A stretch of 63,415 nucleotides of DNA, the filler included, from a bacterium (lineage in GTDB: Bacteria > JBDRGX01): assembly GCA_043817485.1 (NCBI GenBank). It is 7 parts of 7 records of this genome, joined end to end, with 100 filler letters (N's around TTAATTAATTAA, not from the genome) between each part and the next. Parts side by side here need not be neighbours in the genome. Positions count along the whole stretch, not along the records: positions 48,310 to 55,333 come from JBDRGX010000101.1; positions 55,434 to 60,808 come from JBDRGX010000103.1; positions 60,909 to 63,415 come from JBDRGX010000106.1; 4 more parts are not named here. One strand, 5' to 3'. The notes beneath the pieces are model-generated. The model was not told where the DNA came from. It was given only the letters and a program-made list of their open reading frames with translations, and made no database searches. How positions within the stretch are numbered: the stretch's first letter is position 1; the number at the start of each line of letters is the position of its first letter. Both the position numbers and the translations under genes were made by a program. Shown one piece after another: positions 53,313-63,415 of the stretch.

Positions 53313-53411
53313 ATAACTAAAAAGAATAAACAATGATTTTCACTAAGAAAAATTTATATAAAAAGGTATTATTTTTATTATTAAAATTATTTATAAAAGG
53401 AAAATAAAAAA

Positions 53412-53828
53412 ATGAAATCTTTAACAGAATATTTATGGATTAATACTAAAACTAAACAAGCACACATAAACATTACTTCACAAGTAGAAGAGTTAGTTAA
53501 AAAAAGCAAAATAAAAGAAGGTTTATGTCTTGTAAATTCTATGCACATTACCTCAAGTATTTATATAAATGATAATGAATCTGGACTTATTCAAGACTAT
53601 AATAATTGGTTAGAAACACTTGCACCCTATAAACCATCCCATTACCAACATAATCTAACAGGAGAAGACAATGCTGATGCCCACTTAAAACGAACAATAA
53701 TGGGAAGAGAGGTTGTTGTTGCCATAACTAATAACAATCTTGATTTTGGTCCATGGGAACAAATATTTTATGGCGAATTTGATGGCCAAAGAAAAAAACG
53801 AATTTTAGTAAAAATTATAGGTGAATAA
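53412..53828 (+). CDS. yjbQ: YjbQ/UPF0047 family protein
   Basis: [31 protein letters not shown]. Confidence 0.92.
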   Translation: MKSLTEYLWINTKTKQAHINITSQVEELVKKSKIKEGLCLVNSMHITSSIYINDNESGLIQDYNNWLETLAPYKPSHYQHNLTGEDNADAHLKRTIMGREVVVAITNNNLDFGPWEQIFYGEFDGQRKKRILVKIIGE

Positions 53829-53837
53829 AAATCTTAA

Positions 53838-53940
53838 CTCAAGTTGCAATTAAAAATAAAACATTGCAAATTACCAAATTTCAAATTTCAAATTTATTTT
53901 GTATTTTTGGTTATGTGAATTTGTTTCGAATTTCGATATT
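53838..53940 (+). repeat. Family E left end plus family A repeat
   Basis: caagttgcaattaaaaataaaacattgcaaattaccaaatt...ttggttatgtgaatttgtttcgaatttcgatatt. Confidence 0.6.
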
Positions 53941-53998
53941 TTTAATTTAACCTTATAAAAAACCAATTTTTAAATTTTATTATAGAAAGGAAAAAAAA

Positions 53999-55063
53999 AT
54001 GAATTACGCAGTAATTATTGCTGGAGGTAGAGGAGAAAGATTTTGGCCTAAAAGTAGAGTTTCTTTTCCAAAACAACTTCTTCCATTAGTAAATAAAAAA
54101 TCTCTTCTTGAAAATACATTTGAAAGAATTACTCCACTTATTCCTCAAAAACAAATATATATTTCTACTAATCAAAATTTGCAAAAAAATATCAAAAAAA
54201 TAATTAAAAGTAATCTTAATTTTATTATTGAACCTTTATCACAAAATACTGCTGCTGCTATTGGTTTAGCCGCAACTTATATTATTAAAAAAGATCCAAA
54301 AGCAGTAATGATAATTCTTACAGCAGATCATCATATTAAAAATGAATTAAAATTTCGTGATATAATTAAAAAATCTCTTTCTATTGCTGAAAAAGATAAA
54401 GTTTTAATTACCATCGGAATTACTCCAAATAGACCTGAAACAGGATATGGATATATTGAAGCAGGGCAAAAATGTGCTAATGGTCTTTATCCAGTACTAA
54501 AATTTGAAGAAAAACCATCATTAGATAAAGCTCAAAAAATGATTAAATCTGGTGATTTTTTTTGGAATAGTGGAATATTTATTTGGTCTTGTGAATCTAT
54601 TTTAGAAGAAATAAAAACTTATTTACCTAATTTATACACTGGACTTATGAAAATAGCTAAATATATTGGAACTTCAAAAGAAGAAAAAATTAAAAAAGAA
54701 GTTTTTGAATCATTAGAATCTATTTCTATTGATTATGGAATAATGGAAAAATCTAAAAAAGTTTTCATGATTAAAAGTTCTTTTTCATGGGATGACCTTG
54801 GTTCATGGATTTCATTAGAACGAATTTATAAAAAAAATAAAGATGAAAATATTATTGTAGGAGAACATATTGCTTATGATACTAAAAACACTATTATTTA
54901 TAATGATAATGAAAATAGTATTGTAACAACACTTGGAGTTTCTAATTTAATTATAATTTCTACCAAAAATGCTGTTTTAATATTAGATAAAAATAGACAC
55001 CAAGAAGTTAAAAAAATAGTAGAAGAAATGAAAAAGAAAAATAATCTTAAAAAATATTTATAA
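53999..55063 (+). CDS. manC: Mannose-1-phosphate guanylyltransferase
   Basis: AGGRGERFWPKSR..FPKQ, ADHHI, PETGYGYI, WNSGIF, SIDYGIMEK, WDDLGSW. Confidence 0.93.
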   Translation: MNYAVIIAGGRGERFWPKSRVSFPKQLLPLVNKKSLLENTFERITPLIPQKQIYISTNQNLQKNIKKIIKSNLNFIIEPLSQNTAAAIGLAATYIIKKDPKAVMIILTADHHIKNELKFRDIIKKSLSIAEKDKVLITIGITPNRPETGYGYIEAGQKCANGLYPVLKFEEKPSLDKAQKMIKSGDFFWNSGIFIWSCESILEEIKTYLPNLYTGLMKIAKYIGTSKEEKIKKEVFESLESISIDYGIMEKSKKVFMIKSSFSWDDLGSWISLERIYKKNKDENIIVGEHIAYDTKNTIIYNDNENSIVTTLGVSNLIIISTKNAVLILDKNRHQEVKKIVEEMKKKNNLKKYL

Positions 55064-55177
55064 AATATCCTATTTTTAAGTGATGGTTACAATATGTGAG
55101 TAATTACCAAGGTTGTATTTAAACACTCATGCCGACTTAATTGGTGGTACTAAAAAATTTGAAAGGAGAAAAATAAA

Positions 55178-55333
55178 ATGCCATTAATTATAATTTTTAT
55201 TTTAGTTTTTTCTTTGTTTATAATTGGTGCTGGTGTGAAAAGTGGTTTTTTACAATCCAAAAATGAAAAACTGATAACAAGCCAGAAAATTAGTAATTCT
55301 TCTTTTGCTGAAATTGAAAATATGCTTAAACGA
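55178..55333 (+). CDS. Hypothetical membrane-anchored protein (5' fragment)
   Basis: AAGGAG RBS; hydrophobic N-terminus; runs into gap. Confidence 0.5.
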
Positions 55334-55433
55334 NNNNNNNNNNNNNNNNNNNNNNNNNNNNNNNNNNNNNNNNNNNNTTAATTAATTAANNNNNNNNNNN
55401 NNNNNNNNNNNNNNNNNNNNNNNNNNNNNNNNN
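55334..55433. other. Artificial contig linker
   Basis: N44-TTAATTAATTAA-N44. Confidence 0.97.
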
Positions 55434-55583
55434 AAATTTCTATTTTAAAATTGTTAATTTTACTAAATATGAAAATATTAAATTTTGTTTATTTTTTAAA
55501 AAAATCTCCTGAAAAATTAAATAAATTTCCTGTTTTTTTTATCATATTCTTTCATATTATTTTTGACAATACCTGTTTTAAAC

Positions 55584-55612
55584 CTACAATAATACCACCC
55601 CCTTCGGGGTTT
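55584..55612 (+). repeat. REP-like family B copy
   Basis: ctacaataataccacccccttcggggttt. Confidence 0.75.
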
Positions 55613-55644
55613 TTATACTTTTTTTTCTGTCATTTCGAATGCAG

Positions 55645-56095
55645 AGACTGTGTCGCAATTAACAAATAGCAACAATATTATACCATATATGGTACCTGTT
55701 GATGAAATTAGCATAATATGTTATATGCTTTTTGTACTAAATTCCTATTCCGTAACAGTCTGACTGTCCTGGTTATTCCTTGCAAAAGTCTATAAACTCC
55801 CTATCTTTCTTAATTCCCCCTTAAAAAAGGGGGACACAACCCCCTTTTTTAAGGGGGAATTAGAGAAATACAAACCCTTTTACTCGTTTCAGACTGTGTC
55901 TCAATCTATTTTTTAACAAAAATTGCTCTTAAATTGCTCTTTGAAAATTTAATAAAGCATTCTGTAAGTATTGCTTTTATTCGTTCGTCTAATTTTGTTA
56001 ACTTTTTTTATTGGAAAATATTATATCATTTTTTTATTTATTATGCATTTTTTTTTACAGTAAAAGTAATTTAAAAATAATTGCGACACAGTCTG
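55645..56095. mobile_element. Non-autonomous TIR-bounded element (IS1182-like ends) inserted into a CGTC-type REP
   Basis: Perfect 17-bp TIR agactgtgtcgcaatta (55645-55661) / taattgcgacacagtct (56078-56094); flanking GCAG duplication; removal restores tgtcatttcgaatgcagtgagaaatct. Confidence 0.8.
55811..55862. repeat. 23-bp perfect inverted repeat made of two CCCCCTT-N4-AAGGGGG hairpins
   Basis: taattcccccttaaaaaaggggg-acacaa-cccccttttttaagggggaatta. Confidence 0.85.
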
Positions 56096-56217
56096 GCAGT
56101 GAGAAATCTTTTTTTCCATTCTACAATGTAAAATCCCTTGTCGAATACTTCCCGCAATGATATCCTCTTTGTTCCTCTAAATGACAATCATTTTTCTTTG
56201 CTAATTTATAAAAAAAA

Positions 56218-58380
56218 TTATATATCGTCTAATCCTTTTTCAGTAAAAAGGTAATCTTTTTCTACTAAAACTTCTCTTTGTTTACTTGCATTTTGAGCAC
56301 TTACAATTCCGTTTTGTTCCATTTCATCAATTAATTTGGCTGCTCTTGCATATCCTAATCCCAATTTTCTTTGAAGCCAAGTAACAGAAGCTTCTTTATT
56401 TTCAACTACTAATTTTACTGCTTCATCATAAAGTATATCTTTTGTTTTAGATTTTATTTCAATTAATTTATTTACTTCTTCTTCTTGCCATAAATATTGA
56501 GGAGTTTTTATTTGTTTTAAATGATGAACTATTTTTTTAACTTCTTCTTCAGAAACAAAAGTTCCTTGTGCTCGTGTTGGTTTCATTGATCCAACTGGAG
56601 AATAAAGCATATCTCCAGCTCCTAATAAAGTTTCTGCTCCATTCATATCTAATATAGTTCGTGAATCTATTTGTGAGGAAACTGCAAAAGAAATTCGTGA
56701 TGGAATATTTGCTTTAATTAATCCCGTAATAACATTAACTGAAGGTCTTTGTGTGGCTAAAACTAAATGCATACCAACACCTCTAGCCATTTGAGCCAAT
56801 CGACAAATTCTTTCTTCTACTTCTTTAGGACTTGTAATCATAAGGTCTGCTAATTCGTCAATAACTATTACAATATAAGGAAGAAATGAATTTTCTTCAT
56901 TTTTTTGAATATTTTTATTATAACTTTCTATATTTCTTACTCCTTGTTCTGCTAATAATTTATATCTGTTTTCCATTTCTATTACACAAAATTCTAATAT
57001 TTTTGCTGCTTTTTTACTATCTTTTACTACAGGAAATAATAAATGAGGAATGTCATCGTATAAAGAAAGTTCAACTCTTTTAGGATCTATCATTACAAAT
57101 TTTACTTCGTCTGGTGTTGCTTTAAATAAGGTACTAAGAATAATTGAATTGATACAAACACTTTTTCCAGCACCAGTAGCACCAGCAATTAAAAGATGAG
57201 GTGCTTTTTTTAAATCCATAACTATAGCAGTTCCAGCAATATCTTTTCCTAATGTAACAGTTAAACAAGAAGAACTATTTTGAAAACTATCACTTGTAAG
57301 AATTTCTTTTAAAAATACTATATCTTTTTTTTTATTAGGAATTTCAATTCCAATTACTGATTTTCCAGGGACAGGTGCTTCTATTCTTACATGAGGAGCT
57401 GCAAAAGCTAATGCAATATCATTATCTAATGCAGTTATTTTATTAACTTTAATGCCAGATGCTAATTGAATTTCATAACGAGTAACTACTGGGCCTCTAT
57501 TTACTGCTTCTATTCGAGTTTCAAGCCCAAAATTTCTAAAAGTTTCTACTAAAAGTTTAGAATTATTTAATAATTCTTCTTCTGTTTCTCCTGGGTATAA
57601 TTTAGGATTTGTTAAAAGAGATAAAGAAGGAAAAATAAAATCTTTTTTGTTATTTGAAAACAAATTTTCTTCTATTTCTTTTTTAATTTTATTTTTTTCA
57701 GTTTTATTGTTATTAATAATTTTTATATTTGGTTGTATTTGTTCAATTTGATGATTATTAGTTTTTATTATTGGTGGGATAAAAGAATCAGTTTTTGGTT
57801 TTTTTTCTTTTTGAGAAATTAATTTTGAAAAAATATTTTTAAATTTATTTAAGTTTGTAAAAAAAGTTGAAAAAAGAAATTTAGTAGATAATAAAAAGGA
57901 CAAAATAAAAAGTAAAGAAATTACAATATAACTGCCTATTTTGCCAAAAAAATTCCACCAAAAATTTTGTATTAACCAATTACCTAAATAGCCACCTTGA
58001 ATAAGTCTATTCCATTGATTTTCACTATTTCCAAATAAAGTTAATAAAGAAGATAAAATAATAGTAAATAAAGAAATACCAATTATTTTGAAAAGTAATT
58101 TTTCTCCTTTAATTTTATAAAAACCTAACCATATAAAAATAAATGGAATAATAAAAGAAGTATATCCAAAACAAAATCTTAATATAAATGCAATTCCATA
58201 TCCTACAGGCCCCATTGTGTTTTTAATTGGAGATAAATATTTTTGCAACCATTTAAAATAAGAACTTTCTAATAAAATTGTTTGTGGAAATATTAAAGAA
58301 AAAAATAAACTAAATAAAAAAAGTATAGAGATCCCAAAAATCAAAAAAGATATTATTTCATTTTTTCTTTTTTCATCCAT
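56218..58380 (-). CDS. ftsK: DNA translocase FtsK
   Basis: N-terminal TMs; PHLLIAGATGAGKS, DELADLM, ATQRPS, gamma domain LQRKLGLGYARAAKLID. Confidence 0.97.
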   Translation of the reverse strand: MDEKRKNEIISFLIFGISILFLFSLFFSLIFPQTILLESSYFKWLQKYLSPIKNTMGPVGYGIAFILRFCFGYTSFIIPFIFIWLGFYKIKGEKLLFKIIGISLFTIILSSLLTLFGNSENQWNRLIQGGYLGNWLIQNFWWNFFGKIGSYIVISLLFILSFLLSTKFLFSTFFTNLNKFKNIFSKLISQKEKKPKTDSFIPPIIKTNNHQIEQIQPNIKIINNNKTEKNKIKKEIEENLFSNNKKDFIFPSLSLLTNPKLYPGETEEELLNNSKLLVETFRNFGLETRIEAVNRGPVVTRYEIQLASGIKVNKITALDNDIALAFAAPHVRIEAPVPGKSVIGIEIPNKKKDIVFLKEILTSDSFQNSSSCLTVTLGKDIAGTAIVMDLKKAPHLLIAGATGAGKSVCINSIILSTLFKATPDEVKFVMIDPKRVELSLYDDIPHLLFPVVKDSKKAAKILEFCVIEMENRYKLLAEQGVRNIESYNKNIQKNEENSFLPYIVIVIDELADLMITSPKEVEERICRLAQMARGVGMHLVLATQRPSVNVITGLIKANIPSRISFAVSSQIDSRTILDMNGAETLLGAGDMLYSPVGSMKPTRAQGTFVSEEEVKKIVHHLKQIKTPQYLWQEEEVNKLIEIKSKTKDILYDEAVKLVVENKEASVTWLQRKLGLGYARAAKLIDEMEQNGIVSAQNASKQREVLVEKDYLFTEKGLDDI

Positions 58381-58392
58381 AAATAAGTACCT

Positions 58393-59207
58393 TTAAATAT
58401 TTTTAAAATAGATTTCTTTTCTTCTATCTTTAAATAAATCATTTAATTTATTGATTTTTTTATTTTGTGCTAAAATTGAGTTAATAGTTACAATTTTTAC
58501 TTGTTCTTTATTTTTGCTTGCTTTTGCCAAAATATTTCCTTGAAAATCAGTTATTTGGCTTAATCCTGTAAAAGTATTTTTTTTTGCCATTCCTTTTTTC
58601 TATTCCAATTCTATTTAGCAGTAATAGTAAAAATATGATTTTCAATAGAACGAGTAATCATTGCTTTTTGACAAAAAGGTAAAACTAAATTAGCTGGATG
58701 GCATATTATTTGTGCTCCTTTTAAAGCCAAAGTTCTTGCTACTTCTGGAAAAAACCAATCAAAACAAATCATTATTCCTATTTTAGCAAATTTTAAATCA
58801 TAAACTTTTAAAGGAGTATTTCCAGAAGAAAACCATTTTTTTTCTTCATAAAAAAGATGTGCTTTTCTATAAGTACCTATATATCCTTTTGGTCCAACTA
58901 AAATTGCTGAATTAAACAAACAACTTTTATTTTTTTCTACTAATCCTGCAACAAAATAACAATTTTTTTCTTGAGAAAGTTTAATTAAAGAAGATGTAGT
59001 AAAACCATTTGGTATTTCTTCTGATAATTTATTTACTTCTTTTTGAGAACAAAAAGTATATCCCGTATTAAATAATTCTGGTAAAACAAATAAATTAGCT
59101 TCTTTTTTTTTAAGTAATTTTTTTACTGTTTCAATGTTTTTTTCTTTGTTTCCAAATTTTGGATTAAATTGACAAAAACCTATTTTAATAGAATTTATTT
59201 TTTTCAT
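58393..59207 (-). CDS. Carbon-nitrogen hydrolase (nitrilase family), two apparent frameshifts near 58577-58616
   Basis: LPELF, YRKAHLF, MICFDWFFPE; corrected tail TANRIGIEK...FTGLSQI...DRRKEIY. Confidence 0.87.
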
Positions 59208-59237
59208 TTTTATCAGATATTTATTATTAAGAAATGG

Positions 59238-60437
59238 TTAATGAGTTTTTTTGAAAGTTTGTAATAATTTATTTTTCCATTGATTAAAATCTGCTAAATA
59301 TTTTTTTTCTATAGGTGAAGTATTTGGAAGATTAGTTGTTATTGGATTAATTGGTTTTCCTCCTTTAATCATTCTAAAATCTGAATGAGGGCCTGTTGCT
59401 AATCCAGTGCTACCAACATAACCTATTACTTGTCCTTGATCTACATATTTTCCATTACGAATTCCTTTTCCATATTTAGAAAGATGTCCATAAGTAGTAA
59501 TAATATTATTTTTATGTTTTATTTTTATAAAATTACCATATCCTTTCATCCAACCAGAATAAATAATTATTCCATCTGCTATTGTTTTAATTGGAGTTCC
59601 AGAAGGTGCTGAATAATCAATACCTAAATGAGGTCTAAAAATTTTTAAAATAGGATGAAATCGTTTTTTAGAGTAATTAGAAGATATTCTTGTAAATTTA
59701 AGAGGAGATTTTAAAAATGCTTTTTTTAGAGATTTTCCTTCTAATGTATAATAATCAGATTTTCCTTGAGGATTTTTATAATAAATTACTTTGAAATGTT
59801 TTTTTTCTCCTTTATATTCTGCCATTAAAATTTTACCATATTCAATAAATTTTCCTTCTCCGTATTTTTTTTCAAGTAAAATTTGGAAACTATCTCCGGG
59901 GAATATATCTGTATAAAAATCTATGTCCCATGAAAATATATTAGCAAAATCTAAAACAAGTGTATCTGTTTCTCCAATATTTGTAAGAGCACGAAATAAA
60001 GAATCGCCTTGATTTATTTTTACAATAATTTTATCAATACTTGTTTTTAAAGGAATAACTTTTTTTTGTGGAATTAAAATATTGTTTTTATTTCTTTTAA
60101 CAAGATAAGTTTCTAATGGAGGTTTGTAATAAACAAATTTTTGAACAATGTTTTTAGAATCAATAGATAAAACATAGTTATCTCCAATAGAAATAGAATT
60201 AAAATCAAATAATGGTTTTAAAGTATCAAGTATTTCTGCAATTTGCTGAGAATTAAGTCCTTGTTTGCAAAAAGAATCAAAAAGAGTTTCATTGCAAGAT
60301 ATTGATTTTCTAATTTTTGTTTGGCGAGAAATTTTTTTAAGAGAAATTTGTTTTGAAGCAGAATAGGAATATCTATAAGAAATAATAGTAATTAGAATTG
60401 TTAATAAAAATAAATATACAAGTAATATTTTTCTCAA
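59238..60437 (-). CDS. M23 family peptidase (MepM/Csd-like)
   Basis: RFHPILK..RPHLGIDY, YGHLS, GLATGPHSDF; likely TTG start at 60437 after AAGGAA (the ORF-track start lies inside a repeat). Confidence 0.9.
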   Translation of the reverse strand: MRKILLVYLFLLTILITIISYRYSYSASKQISLKKISRQTKIRKSISCNETLFDSFCKQGLNSQQIAEILDTLKPLFDFNSISIGDNYVLSIDSKNIVQKFVYYKPPLETYLVKRNKNNILIPQKKVIPLKTSIDKIIVKINQGDSLFRALTNIGETDTLVLDFANIFSWDIDFYTDIFPGDSFQILLEKKYGEGKFIEYGKILMAEYKGEKKHFKVIYYKNPQGKSDYYTLEGKSLKKAFLKSPLKFTRISSNYSKKRFHPILKIFRPHLGIDYSAPSGTPIKTIADGIIIYSGWMKGYGNFIKIKHKNNIITTYGHLSKYGKGIRNGKYVDQGQVIGYVGSTGLATGPHSDFRMIKGGKPINPITTNLPNTSPIEKKYLADFNQWKNKLLQTFKKTH

Positions 60438-60449
60438 TATATTTCCTTT

Positions 60450-60624
60450 ATACCAGTCGCAATCAAACACTAACTGTGTTGACTTTGTCGTCGGCTTTTT
60501 ATGTCCCCTGCTGGCGGGGGTGTCCGTTAGGACGGGGGTGGAAATTCTTTAATACCGCGTGTCCACACAGGCATCATTGCCTTCTTCTATCTGGCTTATT
60601 ATCATTTTAATTGCAATTTGGTAT
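60450..60624 (+). mobile_element. Family D element containing a nested family C REP
   Basis: ataccagtcgcaatcaaa ... ttttaattgcaatttggtat TIRs; 60501-60546 insert matches 512-544 reversed. Confidence 0.75.
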
Positions 60625-60808
60625 TATTTTTGTAATTATTTAAAAAAATTGTAAAAAAGTGAAAATAACATTATCAATTGACTATAATATTATGACAAAA
60701 ATTAATTTATGAAATCAAAAAAGTCAAGTATTTTTTTAAATATGTGATTACTAAATCAAAATGTTAACGATAATTACTAAATAGAAATGTTAATTTTTTG
60801 TAAAAGAA

Positions 60809-60908
60809 NNNNNNNNNNNNNNNNNNNNNNNNNNNNNNNNNNNNNNNNNNNNTTAATTAATTAANNNNNNNNNNNNNNNNNNNNNNNNNNNNNNNNNNNN
60901 NNNNNNNN
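60809..60908. other. Artificial contig linker
   Basis: N44-TTAATTAATTAA-N44. Confidence 0.97.
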
Positions 60909-61076
60909 TTTTGTATTTATTGGAATATCTACGAAAGTTAAAATTCCTATTCCTTCTAAACTAATATTAGAAATAATACCCCAAGTGTCTTTTTCAAAAG
61001 AAGATATATAAATTTTAATAGGTTTTCCTATAACAAAAGGAAGTCTTAAATATTTTCGTTTTTCATCATTTTTCAT
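60909..61076 (-). CDS. PilZ-domain protein (5' fragment)
   Basis: RKYLR (RxxxR) and NISLEG (D/NxSxxG) c-di-GMP motifs. Confidence 0.75.
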
Positions 61077-61285
61077 TTTTTTACCTATCTTTGTTTTTAA
61101 GCAATTAGAAATAAGCAATGGTATTTTTTTTTATTATATTTTTATTCATTTTTCTTTATTTGTCAATATTTTCTATTTATTTATTTGGTTGATGACTTTT
61201 ATTTTAATGCTTGACAATTTAATAATTAAATGATTTTTAATTTACATAAAAGTATATTTTACACAAATTATTTAAAGGAGTTTTT

Positions 61286-62088
61286 GTGAAAAAAGGTATT
61301 GGAATTTTTGATTCTGGACTTGGTGGACTTACAGTAGTTAAAGAAGTTATAAAACAATTACCAGCAGAAGATATTTATTATTTAGGAGATACTGCACATG
61401 TTCCTTATGGAACTAAATCAGAAGAAAGTGTTAAAAAATTTACTTTAGCTAATTTAAAATTTTTAACCCAATATCCTCTTAAATTAATTATTATTGCTTG
61501 TAATACAGCTTCTGCAATTGCTTTAAATGAAATCAAACAAAATTTCAATATTCCTATTATAGGAGTTATAAATCCATCTGTAGAAAAAGCAATTATTTCT
61601 ACTAAAAACAAAAAAATAGGGGTTATTGGGACTTCTCAAACGATTAGAAGTAAAATATATCAAAAAGAAATTTTATCTTTTTCTAAAGAAATTAAAGTTT
61701 TTGAAAAATCTTGTCCTTTATTTGTTCCATTAGTAGAAGAAGGTTGGCTTGAACAAAAAATAACTTTTTTAATAATTAGAAAATATTTAGCTTCTTTAAA
61801 AAGAAAAAATATAGATACTTTAATTTTAGGTTGTACTCATTATCCTCTTTTGAAAAATATTATTCAAAAAGTAATGGGTGAAAAAGTAACTCTTGTTGAT
61901 TCTGCTATTTTTGTAGCCCAAAAAGCAAAAAAAAATCTTGCAGAAAAAAAACTTTTATCTTTTTCAAAAAAAATGGAAATCGTTATTTTTTTGTTACAGA
62001 TATGCCAATAAAATTTAAAGAAAATGGTGAATTGTTTTTGCAAGAAAAAATATTAAATATTAAGAAAGTTCAAATATTAGATTTCTAA
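61286..62088 (+). CDS. murI: Glutamate racemase, frameshifted at the A8 run 61966-61973
   Basis: IFDSGLGG, ACNTAS, LGCTHYP; the shifted frame gives FFVTDMPIKF ending at TAA 62088. Confidence 0.93.
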
Positions 62089-62228
62089 TTTTTTTTATTT
62101 AATGTAGTTTTGATTTTATTAAAATAGGGGATTGAAAAACCTTATAAAAATATTGACAAATGACTATCTTTTAAATATTGCTTACCTATATTTTTTAATT
62201 CAAAAATTATTATTTAGGAGAAATATTA

Positions 62229-62747
62229 ATGGTTTTTCAAGAAAAATTAAAAAAAATAAAATTACTTATATTAGATGTAGATGGAGTGATGACTTCTGGA
62301 CAACTTTTTTATGGAGAAAGTGGAGAAATATTAATTGCTTTTAATATTCTTGATGGATTAGGAATTGAAATTGCTATAAGACAAGGATTAAATGTGATTA
62401 TTCTTACTCGTAGAACTGGACAATCTATTATCTATAGATCTAATAAATTAGGCATTAAAGAAGTTTATAAAGGAATAGAAGATAAAAAAATAATATTAGA
62501 AGAAATTAAAAATAAGCATAATTTATCTTATGAAGAAATATCTTATATGGGAGATGATTTGATTGATTTATCTTGTATGAGAAAAGTTGGATTGGCTGTT
62601 GCTGTAAATAATGCTGTGCAAGAACTTAAAGAAATATCTCATTATGTTACCCATAAAAAAGGTGGTGAGGGTGCTGTTCGTGAAATAATTGAACTTATTC
62701 TTAAAGCACAAAATAAATGGGAACAAGAAGTGCAGAAATATCAATAA
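62229..62747 (+). CDS. kdsC: KDO 8-phosphate phosphatase (HAD, KdsC/YrbI family)
   Basis: LDVDGVMT, FNILDGLG, YMGDDLID, GGEGAVRE. Confidence 0.9.
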   Translation: MVFQEKLKKIKLLILDVDGVMTSGQLFYGESGEILIAFNILDGLGIEIAIRQGLNVIILTRRTGQSIIYRSNKLGIKEVYKGIEDKKIILEEIKNKHNLSYEEISYMGDDLIDLSCMRKVGLAVAVNNAVQELKEISHYVTHKKGGEGAVREIIELILKAQNKWEQEVQKYQ

Positions 62748-62840
62748 TTCAATGTGTATTGTATGAAAATATTAATTTAAAACAATTTAATAAAAGTAAT
62801 GTATTTTTAAAAACTTTAACAATATGAAATGTAAAAAAAT

Positions 62841-63284
62841 ATGATTAAAAAAACAATTTTAATTTTATTTATATTTTTTCTTTTTTTTAATTTTGGGTTA
62901 TCAAAAGAAGAAAATAAAGAAGATAAAATCAATCAAATGTTATTAAAAAAAGATCCAAAAATTGCGTTAAAATGGGCATTTATCCCTGGTTGTGGTCAAT
63001 TTTATAATGAAAAATATTTAAAAGGAATAATAGCAATTACTTTAGAAACAATGGCTTTTTCAAAAAGTATATATTGGGAAAAAGAAAGAAAAAAAGCATT
63101 TTTAAATAATGAAATGTTTTTATCTAATAATGCAGAAACAAAGCGTAATTTTTTTTATGCAACTTCTTTTTGGATATGGTTATATTTTGTTATGGATGCT
63201 TATGTAGATGCTAATTTTTCTTTTCAAGAATTTTTAAAAAGCGAAAATAATAAAATTATTTTTCAATTATCTGAAAATTTTTAA
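62841..63284 (+). CDS. DUF5683-like membrane or secreted protein
   Basis: DPKIAL...IPGCGQFYNEKY.KG and DAYVDA motifs. Confidence 0.7.
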   Translation: MIKKTILILFIFFLFFNFGLSKEENKEDKINQMLLKKDPKIALKWAFIPGCGQFYNEKYLKGIIAITLETMAFSKSIYWEKERKKAFLNNEMFLSNNAETKRNFFYATSFWIWLYFVMDAYVDANFSFQEFLKSENNKIIFQLSENF

Positions 63285-63305
63285 AATTAGAAAGGGGAAT
63301 TTAAA

Positions 63306-63415
63306 GTGAATATTATTAAATTATTACTTCAAGACCCACGATTTATATTTTCTGTGTTTGTTTTATTTGGAATTGGAGCAATTATTCTTATTTTTATATT
63401 TTTTTTTAGAAGTTC
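63306..63415 (+). CDS. Hypothetical membrane protein (5' fragment)
   Basis: AGGGG RBS, GTG start, open hydrophobic frame to window end. Confidence 0.45.
   Translation, partial: MNIIKLLLQDPRFIFSVFVLFGIGAIILIFIFFFRS

Noticed and set aside
55451-55669. 72-aa ORF after the gap, and ORF 50770-51051(-)
   Set aside because: They overlap REP units and low-complexity repeats; no coding support
59370-59400. M23 peptidase HxH motif changed to HSD as a sign of inactivity
   Set aside because: HxD variants occur in other M23 proteins and the HxxxD motif is intact; not distinctive
60398-60610. 70-aa ORF on + and the extended M23 start at 60470
   Set aside because: Both read through the family D/C repeat element

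Overview
Very AT-rich bacterial draft-genome window in the standard genetic code (prfB present, TGA used as stop). It consists of seven contig pieces joined by artificial 100-nt N44-TTAATTAATTAA-N44 linkers, so adjacency across the linkers is not evidence of linkage. The organism looks diderm (kdsC, lnt, AsmA/TamB-like protein, YjbH-like barrel fragment). Most genes are housekeeping: purD, purB, recA, ruvC, pnp, prfB with its +1 frameshift, ftsA, ftsZ, ftsK, rplY, pth, moaA, queE, nadK, panE, argC and murI. Eight genes are broken at homopolymer runs, probably by sequencing error. No rRNA, tRNA, CRISPR array or intact transposase was seen. Highlights: (1) a pgsA-ino1-acyltransferase operon resembling the actinobacterial phosphatidylinositol(-mannoside) pathway; (2) secreted proteins with two different candidate C-terminal sorting signals (a short WGxIK tail and a T9SS/FlgD-like domain); (3) recently amplified YVTN and NHL beta-propellers, one of them apparently a deletion remnant of a giant protein followed by a secreted partner gene; (4) a sigma70-family factor lacking the promoter-melting Trp-Trp dyad; (5) a dense set of intergenic repeats (two MITE-like families, several REP-like hairpins, heptamer tracts) nested inside one another, including a ~450-bp element with terminal inverted repeats (TIRs) inserted into a REP with a 4-bp target duplication.
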